Positions 48,552 to 58,015 of a stretch of 64,000 nucleotides of DNA are shown here, one piece after another. The translations under genes and the position numbers were made by a program. Source of the stretch: Flavobacteriales bacterium (lineage in GTDB: Bacteria; Bacteroidota; Bacteroidia; Palsa-965); assembly GCA_040377305.1 (NCBI GenBank), contig JBEIPA010000001.1, positions 96,001 to 160,000 of the forward strand, read 5' to 3'. The notes under the pieces were generated by a model, which was not told where the DNA came from, did no database searches, and worked only from the letters and a program-made list of their open reading frames with translations. Position 1 is the stretch's first letter. Every line of letters starts with the position of its first letter.

Positions 48552-50129
48552 CTACGGCAACTCCGCCATCAAAACGAACAGTTTCTCGAATTTATCTCTG
48601 ATTTCGGAGAGTTCCCATTGCGTATTGTTCCCAATCATCGCAAATGCCAACCGCTTGCCGCTTTTGGTGTCTACATATCCTGAATAAGCCCGCACGCGAG
48701 ACATGGTTCCGCTTTTTGCGCGAAGATTTCCTTCTGCAGCAGTGCTATCTGCAAGTTTTCTGATTGTACCCGATTCTCCCGCAACCGGAAGTGATCGATA
48801 GAACGACTCGAAAATGATGGTGTCTTTTGCAAACGCACGTAACATGCTTACAAGTTGTTTAGTGGTGATGGAGTTGTTTCGCGACAAGCCACTTCCATCG
48901 ACCATATACAAACCTTGTATGTCGACGTTGTGTTTTCTCCAGAACTCATAAACACAAGCTGCGCCACCAAATGTGCTGCCGTATCCTTTTTGTTTGTGCG
49001 AGATTGCGCGCAGAATAGTTTCTGCATAAAAGTTTTGTGATATCTGATTCGTGTGATAAACGAGATCACGCAGTGTTGCCGACGAAGTTGAAGTGATTGT
49101 TTTTCTTCCACCTTCCGCTTCGAGTTTCAATCCGTTGAGACGAATCAAACGGATGGTCGTTGCGGAATCACCAACCTTTATTCCGCGCTCTGCGAGTTCG
49201 TTCTTCAACAGTTGCGCACACAACAAAGCCGGATCGGGAATAGAACCTCGCGCATCGAGGTGTCCGTTCACTTCTCCTTGCACAACGCGCTCGAATTGGT
49301 AAGGACCACCGGTTACATACGCATAAGACTTCGCGACAGAATTGTTTACGCATTGATTGTACAATTTCATCCCCGGAATTTTCGGAGAGTAACTCATGCT
49401 CACATGTCCGCCGGAACCATTCAATGAAATACTGAATTGATTTTCGTGAATGGACAATCCGCTTGGACCTGCGCCGTAATCGCTTTGCACATCTTCCCAG
49501 CACCAGCCACCCGGAGTCATATCGCGTTCGAATGCCTCTGCATCTCCGATGATGCAACCCGAAATAGAGTCAACCCCCAAATTCTGAATGGCAGTTGCCC
49601 AGTTGTTCACCACTTTCTCTACGCTGCTGCCGTATGTTTCCGAACCAAGTGTCGGATCTCCGTTTCCGCGTATGTAAATATTTCCTTTGAGCGTGTTTCC
49701 GTCTTTCGATCCGTCGTGCTGCAATGAAGTAGTGAAACGATAACCCGGTCCAAGAATGGAAAGTGCGGTTCCGGTTGTCACAATTTTCATGACCGAGGCA
49801 GGAACTAATCCTGTTGTAGAATTCCATTCGTACATCGCCGTGTCTGCATCAACGGGTCCGAGGTAATAACTCCACGTTCCTCCACGAAGCTGTGCTGCGG
49901 CATTGATTGAGTCTTCGATGAATGCGAGTAGTCTTCCCATTGCCGAAGTGTCTTTTTCAACGGACTCCTCTTCTTGCGTAGAGTCAGCGTTCTGAGTCAC
50001 TTTATCCTTGAGCGGAACTTTTTCTCCTCCCGTCATAAAAACAAAAATTGTCGCGAGGATTGCCAGAGATAAAATGGCAATGGCACCTACTTGTTTAACG
50101 GTGAGGGTTTTGTTGAGGATATGCTTCAC
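48552..50129 (-). CDS. dacB: D-alanyl-D-alanine carboxypeptidase/endopeptidase (PBP4, peptidase S13)
   Basis: PASVMK (SxxK), GNGDPTL, SQNFYAE (SxN), DGSGLSR and AKSGT (KS/TG). GTG start at 50129 after TATCTTTG at 50134-50141. Confidence 0.92.
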   Translation of the reverse strand: MKHILNKTLTVKQVGAIAILSLAILATIFVFMTGGEKVPLKDKVTQNADSTQEEESVEKDTSAMGRLLAFIEDSINAAAQLRGGTWSYYLGPVDADTAMYEWNSTTGLVPASVMKIVTTGTALSILGPGYRFTTSLQHDGSKDGNTLKGNIYIRGNGDPTLGSETYGSSVEKVVNNWATAIQNLGVDSISGCIIGDAEAFERDMTPGGWCWEDVQSDYGAGPSGLSIHENQFSISLNGSGGHVSMSYSPKIPGMKLYNQCVNNSVAKSYAYVTGGPYQFERVVQGEVNGHLDARGSIPDPALLCAQLLKNELAERGIKVGDSATTIRLIRLNGLKLEAEGGRKTITSTSSATLRDLVYHTNQISQNFYAETILRAISHKQKGYGSTFGGAACVYEFWRKHNVDIQGLYMVDGSGLSRNNSITTKQLVSMLRAFAKDTIIFESFYRSLPVAGESGTIRKLADSTAAEGNLRAKSGTMSRVRAYSGYVDTKSGKRLAFAMIGNNTQWELSEIRDKFEKLFVLMAELP

Positions 50130-50331
50130 GATGCAAAGATAGACGGCAGGCGACAGACGACAGACGGGAGTACCGTAGATTTGCCAACGAAACCCGGTTA
50201 GAAACATCGTTCTTTTACTCGGAAAACGTTGATTTTCACCCTTTACTCCCGTCTCCCGCCTGTCGTCTGGAGACTTTTTCGTCCCTTTGTAAAATAAACA
50301 CCCACCCCACCACGACCTTCCTACCGTAGTA

Positions 50332-50922
50332 ATGAAGGACATGGTACCCATAGCAACGACAATGGCCGCAGAGCAAAACAGGCTGCTTGAAGAAACAGTA
50401 CAGCGCGAAAGACGCCGTTTGCTCGAGTTCATACGAAAAAGAATTCCGCAGGAGGAAGATCCGGAAGACGTGCTTCAGGATGTATTCACTGAATTAACGG
50501 AAGCTTTCAGAATGGAACGGGTCATCGACCGTGTGTCGGGCTGGGTATATCGTGTTGCCAGAAACAAAATCGCAGATCTTTTCAGGAGACGGAGAACAGA
50601 GTCGTTGGAAGCACGATACGAAAAAGAATTTGGCGATGGAGAAGAAGGCTTAGGCTTAAACGACTTGTTGCCTGACCCGTCGGCAGGTCCGGAAGCTGAA
50701 TATGCACGCCGTGTTATTATGAGTGAGTTGATGCTTGCACTTGATGAATTACCGGAAGAACAGCGTTGGGTTTTCTGGGAAAATGAAATCGAAGAACGTC
50801 CTTTCCGTGAGCTCGCGGAAGAGGCTGGAGTGTCGCTCAACACATTACTTTCAAGAAAACGATATGCTGTTTTGTTTCTACGAGAACGTTTGCGCGGTCT
50901 GTATGAAGAGCTCGGCAACTAA
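50332..50922 (+). CDS. ECF-type RNA polymerase sigma factor
   Basis: EDVLQDVF and WVYRVARNKIADLFR (region 2); LPEEQR...FRELAE..GVSLNTLLSRKRYA (region 4). Confidence 0.92.
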   Translation: MKDMVPIATTMAAEQNRLLEETVQRERRRLLEFIRKRIPQEEDPEDVLQDVFTELTEAFRMERVIDRVSGWVYRVARNKIADLFRRRRTESLEARYEKEFGDGEEGLGLNDLLPDPSAGPEAEYARRVIMSELMLALDELPEEQRWVFWENEIEERPFRELAEEAGVSLNTLLSRKRYAVLFLRERLRGLYEELGN

Positions 50923-51079
50923 TAGTAAAGAGTACAGAGAAAAGAGGCGAGAGAAAAGAATGGTGCGGATGCGAAAAAGAAAACAACAGCCTCTCGCCGC
51001 TTTACTCTTCACTCTTTACCCGACCGAAAACGAGGTCGACAAACTAAAAGAAGTATAAACGAACTAAAATATACAACAC

Positions 51080-51472
51080 ATGAAATGGTTTTTGAGATGT
51101 ATAGCAGCCGTAGTGGGATTCGCTGCACTCGCATTCGCGCTCGCGTGGATAACGATGTTGCTCTGGAACTGGTTGGTTCCTGGACTGTTCGGCGGTCCTG
51201 AAATCAGGTACCTCGAAGCTGCAGGATTAATGATTCTCGGTAGACTGCTCGTGGGTGGATTCAAAAGTGGAGGTGGGCATTGCGGTCACGGTGGTAAATG
51301 GGGACATGGCGGACACGGTTACTGGAAACGTCGCTGGGAAGACAAGATGGCGAACATGACTCCGGAAGAAAAGGAGAAGTTCAAAATGGGAATGAACAAG
51401 TGCGGTGGTTGGGGACGTTGGAATGATTGTGAAACTGAGACGCCGAAGGCGGAGACGAACAATACGCAATAG
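51080..51472 (+). CDS. Small membrane protein linked to the ECF sigma factor
   Basis: MLLWNWLVPGLFG, EAAGLMILGRLL, Gly/His-rich linker and MTPEEKEKFK. Confidence 0.8.
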   Translation: MKWFLRCIAAVVGFAALAFALAWITMLLWNWLVPGLFGGPEIRYLEAAGLMILGRLLVGGFKSGGGHCGHGGKWGHGGHGYWKRRWEDKMANMTPEEKEKFKMGMNKCGGWGRWNDCETETPKAETNNTQ

Positions 51473-51512
51473 TCAATACGCAATGCGCAGTCACTAATCT
51501 GAGACTGGAATT

Positions 51513-51558
51513 AAAAGAAAAAGGTTCGAGAGTCAAATCTTCGAACCTTTTTCTTTTT
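51513..51558. terminator. Bidirectional intrinsic terminator
   Basis: AAAAGAAAAAGGTTCGA ... TCGAACCTTTTTCTTTT. Confidence 0.8.
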
Positions 51559-51567
51559 GCGCTTTGG

Positions 51568-53076
51568 CTATTGCGTATTGCTCATTGGATCGCGCTTGCG
51601 CGAAAGTGCAAACATCACAAAAGCCAACGTTATCAACGATACAAAAAACGTAAGCATGCTGCTGTTTGCTTCCGATGTTTGTTCAGGTTCAAAATCCCCG
51701 AACGGAATGATGCTTCCCTGTTTCGAGCTCTGGTGTTTTTTGTCGAGATACTGATCGAACTCTTTCGGATAATCGTAATGCGTGGTGATATCGCGACCAG
51801 TGAGCCACTGATACGTGTATAATTCATTCCAACGACGCTTACCCAGTTCCACCAGATACTCTTGTCCTTTTTCGCAGGTGTAATCCGTACTGTACGGCGG
51901 GTTCGTGAGAATATATCGTCCCTGGAATCGCACCTTATTTGCAGTTTCCTGAAATAACAAATCCTGTGGAAAATGTTCGCGATCATACGTGAGGTGCAGA
52001 CGTGTGAAGTACACGAAGCCTTCGTACGTTTTAGCTTGCGTGTGATAGTCCGTGCTTTTTAGTTCAAGCCAATCTACACCCGCATCTTTCAGATCAGTTA
52101 CAACAGGTGGATCACCAACGCACGGATCACAGAATTGATTTTGCGTTGGAGAAACATCCCAACCGTATTCGAGGAAAACGGTATTCTTTCCCTCGCGACT
52201 CCATGCTTTGTTGTAGAGATCACGATAAAATTCACCGAACTCGTTGCGAACAAACAGCGGCACTTTAAAGTCGGTTGGAATAAGCGAAGTGCGATAGTTT
52301 GTTGTTTCGATGCGTCCAACTTTGGAGTACATGTACACAACAAGATCCTGTACGCCGTTTGCGTTTGCCATTCCCAGGCGAATCGGCAACATGAATTTTG
52401 GTGAGGTGTATGTAATCTGTAGTGGCTTCAATGGCACAGCTCCAGCCGCGGTGTAATTTTCGAGATTCACTTTCGCCACGAAAAACTTCATGTTCGTTTT
52501 GATGTACGGATCGAGAACTTCTTTTGCACCGACCGGCATTTTATAACCGTTGTCAATGAGCCATTCTTCTAATCCACCAGATTCAAGTGCAGAAAGAATA
52601 AGAATATCATATTCACCAACGGTGTATTTCGCTTCCACGGTTACGCCGTAGGATTTTTCCTCCATCGGTGCCGCATTTCCATCGCTGTAACCATAAGCTG
52701 CAGATCTGGTTTTCTTAGCCCCGTAGTGTGGTTTGTATTTCGGAGGAGTGTAACATGGATTCTGATCGTAGTACTCCACCAGACGTGGTGAAGAATACAA
52801 ATCAAGTTTATCGAACAACGCGCGCTCTGCAACTTTGATATCGCCTTCCTGCAATACCACCGGAACCGGAACGACCATTGCAAAATCCTTCACGTCGCCT
52901 TCAAAATCACTCGACATGGTTACGGTTTGCTTATCACCATTCTTCGCAATGATAACCTGCGATGTTTTGTTGAATAGTTTGATGTCTGCTTTTGCAACAT
53001 AAAATCCGCAGAAGCTGTAGCCGATGTTGCTTGTGAACACTATAGCTGCGAGAGTGAGGATGAGCGTCTTTTTCAT
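51568..53076 (-). CDS. DUF2330-family protein, paralog 4 (most divergent)
   Basis: Signal peptide; FCGFYVAKAD, DFAMVVPVP, PRLVEYYD.NPC, FMLPIRLG, CDPC and FQGRY; C-terminal TM followed by RKR. Confidence 0.85.
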   Translation of the reverse strand: MKKTLILTLAAIVFTSNIGYSFCGFYVAKADIKLFNKTSQVIIAKNGDKQTVTMSSDFEGDVKDFAMVVPVPVVLQEGDIKVAERALFDKLDLYSSPRLVEYYDQNPCYTPPKYKPHYGAKKTRSAAYGYSDGNAAPMEEKSYGVTVEAKYTVGEYDILILSALESGGLEEWLIDNGYKMPVGAKEVLDPYIKTNMKFFVAKVNLENYTAAGAVPLKPLQITYTSPKFMLPIRLGMANANGVQDLVVYMYSKVGRIETTNYRTSLIPTDFKVPLFVRNEFGEFYRDLYNKAWSREGKNTVFLEYGWDVSPTQNQFCDPCVGDPPVVTDLKDAGVDWLELKSTDYHTQAKTYEGFVYFTRLHLTYDREHFPQDLLFQETANKVRFQGRYILTNPPYSTDYTCEKGQEYLVELGKRRWNELYTYQWLTGRDITTHYDYPKEFDQYLDKKHQSSKQGSIIPFGDFEPEQTSEANSSMLTFFVSLITLAFVMFALSRKRDPMSNTQ

Positions 53077-53181
53077 TCGGCGGTCGGGTTTATGATATGA
53101 TGATAGAATGATCGGATGATAGGATAGGTCGAGTCAAATATTCACTACACTCTATCATTCAATCATCCCACAATCTTATCA
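53077..53181. repeat. Octamer-repeat hairpin between DUF2330 genes
   Basis: GATATGAT GATAGAAT GATCGGAT GATAGGAT, loop, then ACTCTATC ATTCAATC ATCCCACA ATCTTATC A. Confidence 0.8.
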
Positions 53182-54681
53182 CTGATTCGGTACTGTTTCT
53201 TTTAGCTTGCGCTTACGCGAAAGAGCAAACATCACTCCTGCAAATGCAAGTACTGAAGTGAAAAATGTAATCATATTGCTTTCCGATTTCGTGGCATGCT
53301 CGGGTGTGAAGTTCTCCAAATCAACCAAGGCTCCCTGTTTCTTCGGAGCGCCGCCGGTTAGAAACTGATCGTATTCTTTCGGATAATCTGCATGCGATGT
53401 GATATCGCGACCCGTGAGCCACTGATAGGTGTACAATTCATTCCAGCGACGTTTCCCGAGATCCTTGATGTAAGTCTGTCCTTCTGCACACGACAAATCT
53501 CCGCTGGCCGGATGCGTGATGATGTAGCGGCCCTGAAACTTTTCTTTGTTCGCCGTTTCCTGAAACAACAAATCCTGCGGAAAGTGCGCACGATCATATT
53601 TCAAATGCATGCGCGTGAAGAAAACATTACCTGCATACGTTCTTGCTTGTGTGTGGTAGTCCTGAGTTGCCAGTGTAAGCCAATCTACTCCTGCTTCTTT
53701 CAGATCAGTTACCATTGGAGGATCGCCCACACACGGATCACAAAACTGGGTTTGATTCGGAGAAACTTCCCACGCGTATTCGAGGAACACGGTGTTCTTT
53801 CCTTCGCGTGTCCAGGCTTTGTCGTAGAGATCCCGATAAAATTCGCCGAATTCATTCTGCACAAACAGTGGTACTTTGAAATCGGTTGGAATGAGTGAAG
53901 TGCGATAATTGGTTGTTTCGATTCTTCCGATTTTCGAATACATGTAAATCACGAGATCCTGTACACCATTTGCGTTTGCCATCCCCAGTCGGATTGGCAA
54001 CATAAATTTTGGCGATGTGTAAGTAATTTGAAGCGGATCGAGATCAACCGAACCTTTATTGGCGAACTTCTCGAGATTCACTTTACACACAAAAAACTTC
54101 ATGTTCGTTTTGATGTACGGATCCAAAACTTCTTTTGCACCAACAGGCATTTTGTAACCGTTGGCGTTGAGCCACGTTTCAAGTCCTCCCGATTCTTTCG
54201 CCGACAAAATCAAAATGTCATACGTTCCGATCTGGTACTGCGCTTCAACCGTAACTCCGAGCGTATCTGCAGCATAACCAAAGTTCATCATCGGTGCTGC
54301 ATCGAAAGAAACTTCACTCAGAAGTACTCCTTCATTGTAATACTCAGGTTCCACGTAACAGGGAGTCTGATCGTAATAAGAAACCAATCGTGGAGATGAA
54401 TAATCTTCCAGTTTTCCGAAGATGCTTTGATTCACCGTTCGGATATCTTTCTCCTCCAGCACAACCGGAACTGGAACGACCATGGCAAAGTCTTTCACCT
54501 CTCCTTCAAAATCACTCGACATCGTAACGGTTTGCTTGTCGCCATTCTTTGCTATAATTACCTGTGAAGTCTTGTTGAACAATTTCACATCAGCTTTCGC
54601 CACGTAAAATCCGCAGAAACTGTAGCCTATGTTGCTGGTGAACACTATGGCAGCTAGAGTAAGTATGAGTACTTTCTTCAT
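53179..54681 (-). CDS. DUF2330-family protein, paralog 3
   Basis: Same motifs as the other copies; 500 aa. Confidence 0.85.
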   Translation of the reverse strand: MKKVLILTLAAIVFTSNIGYSFCGFYVAKADVKLFNKTSQVIIAKNGDKQTVTMSSDFEGEVKDFAMVVPVPVVLEEKDIRTVNQSIFGKLEDYSSPRLVSYYDQTPCYVEPEYYNEGVLLSEVSFDAAPMMNFGYAADTLGVTVEAQYQIGTYDILILSAKESGGLETWLNANGYKMPVGAKEVLDPYIKTNMKFFVCKVNLEKFANKGSVDLDPLQITYTSPKFMLPIRLGMANANGVQDLVIYMYSKIGRIETTNYRTSLIPTDFKVPLFVQNEFGEFYRDLYDKAWTREGKNTVFLEYAWEVSPNQTQFCDPCVGDPPMVTDLKEAGVDWLTLATQDYHTQARTYAGNVFFTRMHLKYDRAHFPQDLLFQETANKEKFQGRYIITHPASGDLSCAEGQTYIKDLGKRRWNELYTYQWLTGRDITSHADYPKEYDQFLTGGAPKKQGALVDLENFTPEHATKSESNMITFFTSVLAFAGVMFALSRKRKLKETVPNQ

Positions 54682-54783
54682 GACGTAAGTTTATGATAGG
54701 ATGATAGAATGATCGGATGATTGGATAGGTCGGGTGATCGTACTAACTCCATCCTATCATTCAATCATCTGATAATCCCATCA
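54682..54783. repeat. Octamer-repeat hairpin between DUF2330 genes
   Basis: GATAGGAT GATAGAAT GATCGGAT GATTGGAT, loop, then ATCCTATC ATTCAATC ATCTGATA ATCCCATC A. Confidence 0.8.
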
Positions 54784-56283
54784 TGAATTCGGCACTGTTT
54801 GTTCCTTTGATTTCCGCTTACGCGATAAAGCAAACATTACTCCGGCAAACGCAAGAACAGAAGTAAAGAAACTAATCATGTTGCTTTCCGATTTCGTTGC
54901 ATGTTCCGGTATGAATTCCTCAGGTGTCAAGAATGAACCTTGTTTCTTCGCCGCACCACCCGTTAAATACCGATCGAACTCCTTCGGATAATCGTAATGC
55001 GCAGTAATATCGCGACCAGTTAGCCACTGATAGGTATAGAGTTCATTCCAACGGCGCTTTCCAAGATCCTTGATATACGTTTGCCCTTCTGCACAAGAAA
55101 GATCTCCGCTTGCCGGATAGGTGATAATGTAACGACCCTGAAACTTTTCCTTGTTCGCTGTTTCCTGGAATAACAAATCCTGCGGGAAGTGTGCGCGATC
55201 ATACGTGAGGTGCAAACGCGTGAAGAACACATTACCTGCGTATGTTCTCGCTTGCGTGTGGTAATCCTGAGTCGCCAGTGTAAGCCAATCTACTCCGGCT
55301 TCTTTCAGATCAGTTACCATCGGTGGATCACCAACGCACGGATCGCAGAACTGTGTTTGATTCGGAGAAACTTCCCATGCGTATTCGAGAAACACGGTGT
55401 TCTTTCCTTCCCGTCCCCAAGCTTTATTGTAGAGATCGCGATAGAACACACCGAACTCATCTTTCGCAAACAGAGGCACTTTGAAATCGGTTGGGATTAA
55501 CGAGGTGCGATAATTAGTCGTCTCGATGCGACCGATCTTTGAATACATGTAGATGATCAAATCCTGAACCCCATTGGCATTCGCCATTCCAAGTCGGATC
55601 GGCAACATGAATTTCGGCGACGTGTAAGTAATTTGAAGTGGATCGAGATCAACAGAACCTTTGTTCGCAAATTTTTCAAGATTCACTTTGCAAACAAAGA
55701 ACTTCATATTGGTCTTGATGTACGGATCGAGAACTTCCTTAGCACCAACCGGCATTTTGTATCCGTTGTCGTTGAGCCACGTTTCGAGTCCGCCCGATTC
55801 CTTTGCTGACAAGATGAGAATATCGTACGTGCCGATTTGGTATTGAGCTTCAATAGTTACACCTAAACTTTGAGTTGTAGTCACATTCGCGACACTCATT
55901 CTCATCATTTCCGGAGCTGCAGCAACCATATCGTAATCGTAATCGTCCCGCTCAACGTAACAAGGTGTTTGATCGTAATACGATACCAATCGTGGAGCGG
56001 AATAATCTTCCAGTTTTCCGAAGATGCTTTGATTCACTGTGCGAATATCTTTCTCTTCAAGAACTACAGGCACGGGAACAACCATCGCGAAATCTTTTAC
56101 TTCGCCTTCGAAGTCGCTCGACATGGTTACTGTTTGCTTATCGCCATTCTTCGCGATAATCACCTGAGACGTTTTGTTGAAGAGCTTTACATCCGATTTC
56201 GCAACGTAGAAACCACAGAAGCTGTAGCCCATATTGCTGGTGAATAGGATAGCGGCGAGGGTGACGATAAGTATTTTTTTCAT
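54781..56283 (-). CDS. DUF2330-family protein, paralog 2
   Basis: Same motifs as the other copies; 500 aa. Confidence 0.85.
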   Translation of the reverse strand: MKKILIVTLAAILFTSNMGYSFCGFYVAKSDVKLFNKTSQVIIAKNGDKQTVTMSSDFEGEVKDFAMVVPVPVVLEEKDIRTVNQSIFGKLEDYSAPRLVSYYDQTPCYVERDDYDYDMVAAAPEMMRMSVANVTTTQSLGVTIEAQYQIGTYDILILSAKESGGLETWLNDNGYKMPVGAKEVLDPYIKTNMKFFVCKVNLEKFANKGSVDLDPLQITYTSPKFMLPIRLGMANANGVQDLIIYMYSKIGRIETTNYRTSLIPTDFKVPLFAKDEFGVFYRDLYNKAWGREGKNTVFLEYAWEVSPNQTQFCDPCVGDPPMVTDLKEAGVDWLTLATQDYHTQARTYAGNVFFTRLHLTYDRAHFPQDLLFQETANKEKFQGRYIITYPASGDLSCAEGQTYIKDLGKRRWNELYTYQWLTGRDITAHYDYPKEFDRYLTGGAAKKQGSFLTPEEFIPEHATKSESNMISFFTSVLAFAGVMFALSRKRKSKEQTVPNS

Positions 56284-56388
56284 GACACTGTAAGTTGATG
56301 ATGGAATGATAGAATTATTGGATGATAGGATGGAACGAAGAACAACATAAACTACATCCTATCATTTAATCATCTGAGCATCCTATCA
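56284..56388. repeat. Octamer-repeat hairpin between DUF2330 genes
   Basis: GATGGAAT GATAGAAT TATTGGAT GATAGGAT, loop, then ATCCTATC ATTTAATC ATCTGAGC ATCCTATC A. Confidence 0.8.
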
Positions 56389-57894
56389 TGTTTGTGAGGT
56401 AGTTTGAGACTTTGCCTTCCGTTTTCGCGATAACGCAAACATCACTCCTGCAAATGCAAGTACAGAAGTGAAGAACGTGATCATATTGCCTTCAGACTTT
56501 GTTGCGTGTTCCGGCACGAAAGACTCGATTGACATGAACGAACCTTGTTTGGTTTTTCCACCGGTTGATTTGATGTGCTGATCATATTCCTTCGGATAGT
56601 CGTAGTGCGCAGTAATGTCGCGACCGGTAAGCCACTGATACGTGTAAAGCTCGTTCCAACGGCGCTTACCAAGCTCCTTCACATAAGTCTGTCCCTTTTC
56701 GCACGAGAAATCTCCGCTTGCCGGATGAGTAATGATGTAACGACCCTGAAATTTTTCTTTGTTCGCTGTTTCCTGGAACAACAAATCCTGCGGGAAGTGC
56801 GCGCGATCATACGTAAGATGCATACGTGTAAAGAACACATTGCCTGCGTACGTTCTCGCTTGTGTATGATAATCCTGGCTCGCAAGTTCAAGCCAATCAA
56901 CGCCAGCTTCTTTCAGGTCAGTTACCATTGGAGGATCGCCAACGCACGGATCACAAAACTGCGTTTGATTCGGAGAAACTTCCCACGCATACTCGAGGAA
57001 TACGGTATTCTTTCCTTCGCGGCCCCAAGCTTTGTTGTACAGGTCGCGGTAGAATTCGCCAAACTCATTCTGAACAAACAACGGAACTTTAAAATCGGTT
57101 GGAATCAAAGACGTGCGATAGTTTGTTGTTTCGATACGACCGATCTTCGAATACATGTAAATGATCAAATCCTGAACTCCATTCGCATTTGCCATTCCGA
57201 GTCGAATCGGCAACATGAACTTCGGTGATGCATACGTAATCTGAAGTGGATCGAGATCAACGGAACCTTTGTTTGCGAATTTTTCCAGATTCACTTTACA
57301 CACGAAGAATTTCATGTTCGTTTTGATGTACGGATCGAGCACTTCTTTAGCGCCCACCGGCATTTTGTATCCGTTGTCGTTGAGCCACATCTCTAATCCG
57401 CCCGATTCTTTCGCTGATAAAATCAGGATGTCATAAGTTCCAATTTGGTATTGCGCTTCTACAGTTACCTGGTAGTCGTCAGCCAACTCCTTGCTTACGC
57501 TTTTCATTTCCATTCTGTCGATAGACGCTCCCGCAGCCATAGGATAGTTGTAATACTCCGGTTCTACGTAACAGGGGTTCTCATCGTAATAAGAAACGAG
57601 TCGCGGGGCTGAGTAGTCATCAAGTTTGGCGAAGATGCTCGCTTGCACAGTTCGTATGTCTTTCTCTTCGAGAACTACCGGAACAGGAACGACCATTGCA
57701 AAATCCTTCACGTCGCCCTCGAAGTCGCTCGACATGGTAACGGTTTGCTTCTCGCCATTCTTCGCGATAATAACCTGCGATGATTTATTGAAAAGTTTCA
57801 CGTCTGCTTTTGCAACATAAAATCCGCAGAAGCTATAGCCCATGTTGCTGGTGAACACAATGGCTGCGAGAGTGAGTATCAGTACTTTTTTCAT
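56386..57894 (-). CDS. DUF2330-family protein, paralog 1
   Basis: Same motifs as the other copies; 502 aa. Confidence 0.85.
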   Translation of the reverse strand: MKKVLILTLAAIVFTSNMGYSFCGFYVAKADVKLFNKSSQVIIAKNGEKQTVTMSSDFEGDVKDFAMVVPVPVVLEEKDIRTVQASIFAKLDDYSAPRLVSYYDENPCYVEPEYYNYPMAAGASIDRMEMKSVSKELADDYQVTVEAQYQIGTYDILILSAKESGGLEMWLNDNGYKMPVGAKEVLDPYIKTNMKFFVCKVNLEKFANKGSVDLDPLQITYASPKFMLPIRLGMANANGVQDLIIYMYSKIGRIETTNYRTSLIPTDFKVPLFVQNEFGEFYRDLYNKAWGREGKNTVFLEYAWEVSPNQTQFCDPCVGDPPMVTDLKEAGVDWLELASQDYHTQARTYAGNVFFTRMHLTYDRAHFPQDLLFQETANKEKFQGRYIITHPASGDFSCEKGQTYVKELGKRRWNELYTYQWLTGRDITAHYDYPKEYDQHIKSTGGKTKQGSFMSIESFVPEHATKSEGNMITFFTSVLAFAGVMFALSRKRKAKSQTTSQT

Positions 57895-58000
57895 GACCCT
57901 TTAGTTTTATGATCGAATGATTCAATGATTTGATGATCGGATTGGATACGGTACAACAGAAACTCCATCCTATCAATCTATAATCATATCATGCTAATTA
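57895..58000. repeat. Octamer-repeat hairpin (more degenerate) between the RnfD-like gene and the first DUF2330 gene
   Basis: GATCGAAT GATTCAAT GATTTGAT GATCGGAT, loop, then ATCCTATC AATCTATA ATCATATC ATGCTAAT. Confidence 0.7.
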
Positions 58001-58015
58001 TTCGTGGTATTGAGT

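Noticed and set aside
50130-50432. Long N-terminal extension of dacB
   Set aside because: It overlaps the ECF sigma gene and heptamer repeats; the promoter element at 50134-50141 supports the start at 50129.
53392-57228. Recurring antisense ORFs within the DUF2330 genes (e.g. 53392-53898, 55189-55500, 56575-57228)
   Set aside because: These are shadow frames of the paralogous sense genes; their lengths and stops differ between copies.
51568-57894. Diversity-generating retroelement or invertase shufflon as the source of loop variation
   Set aside because: There is no reverse transcriptase, template repeat or recombinase in the window, all copies are full-length and co-oriented, and the differences are not adenine-specific.
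53077-58000. Octamer hairpins as CRISPR repeats
   Set aside because: They are degenerate, separated by 1.5-kb genes and have no cas genes nearby.
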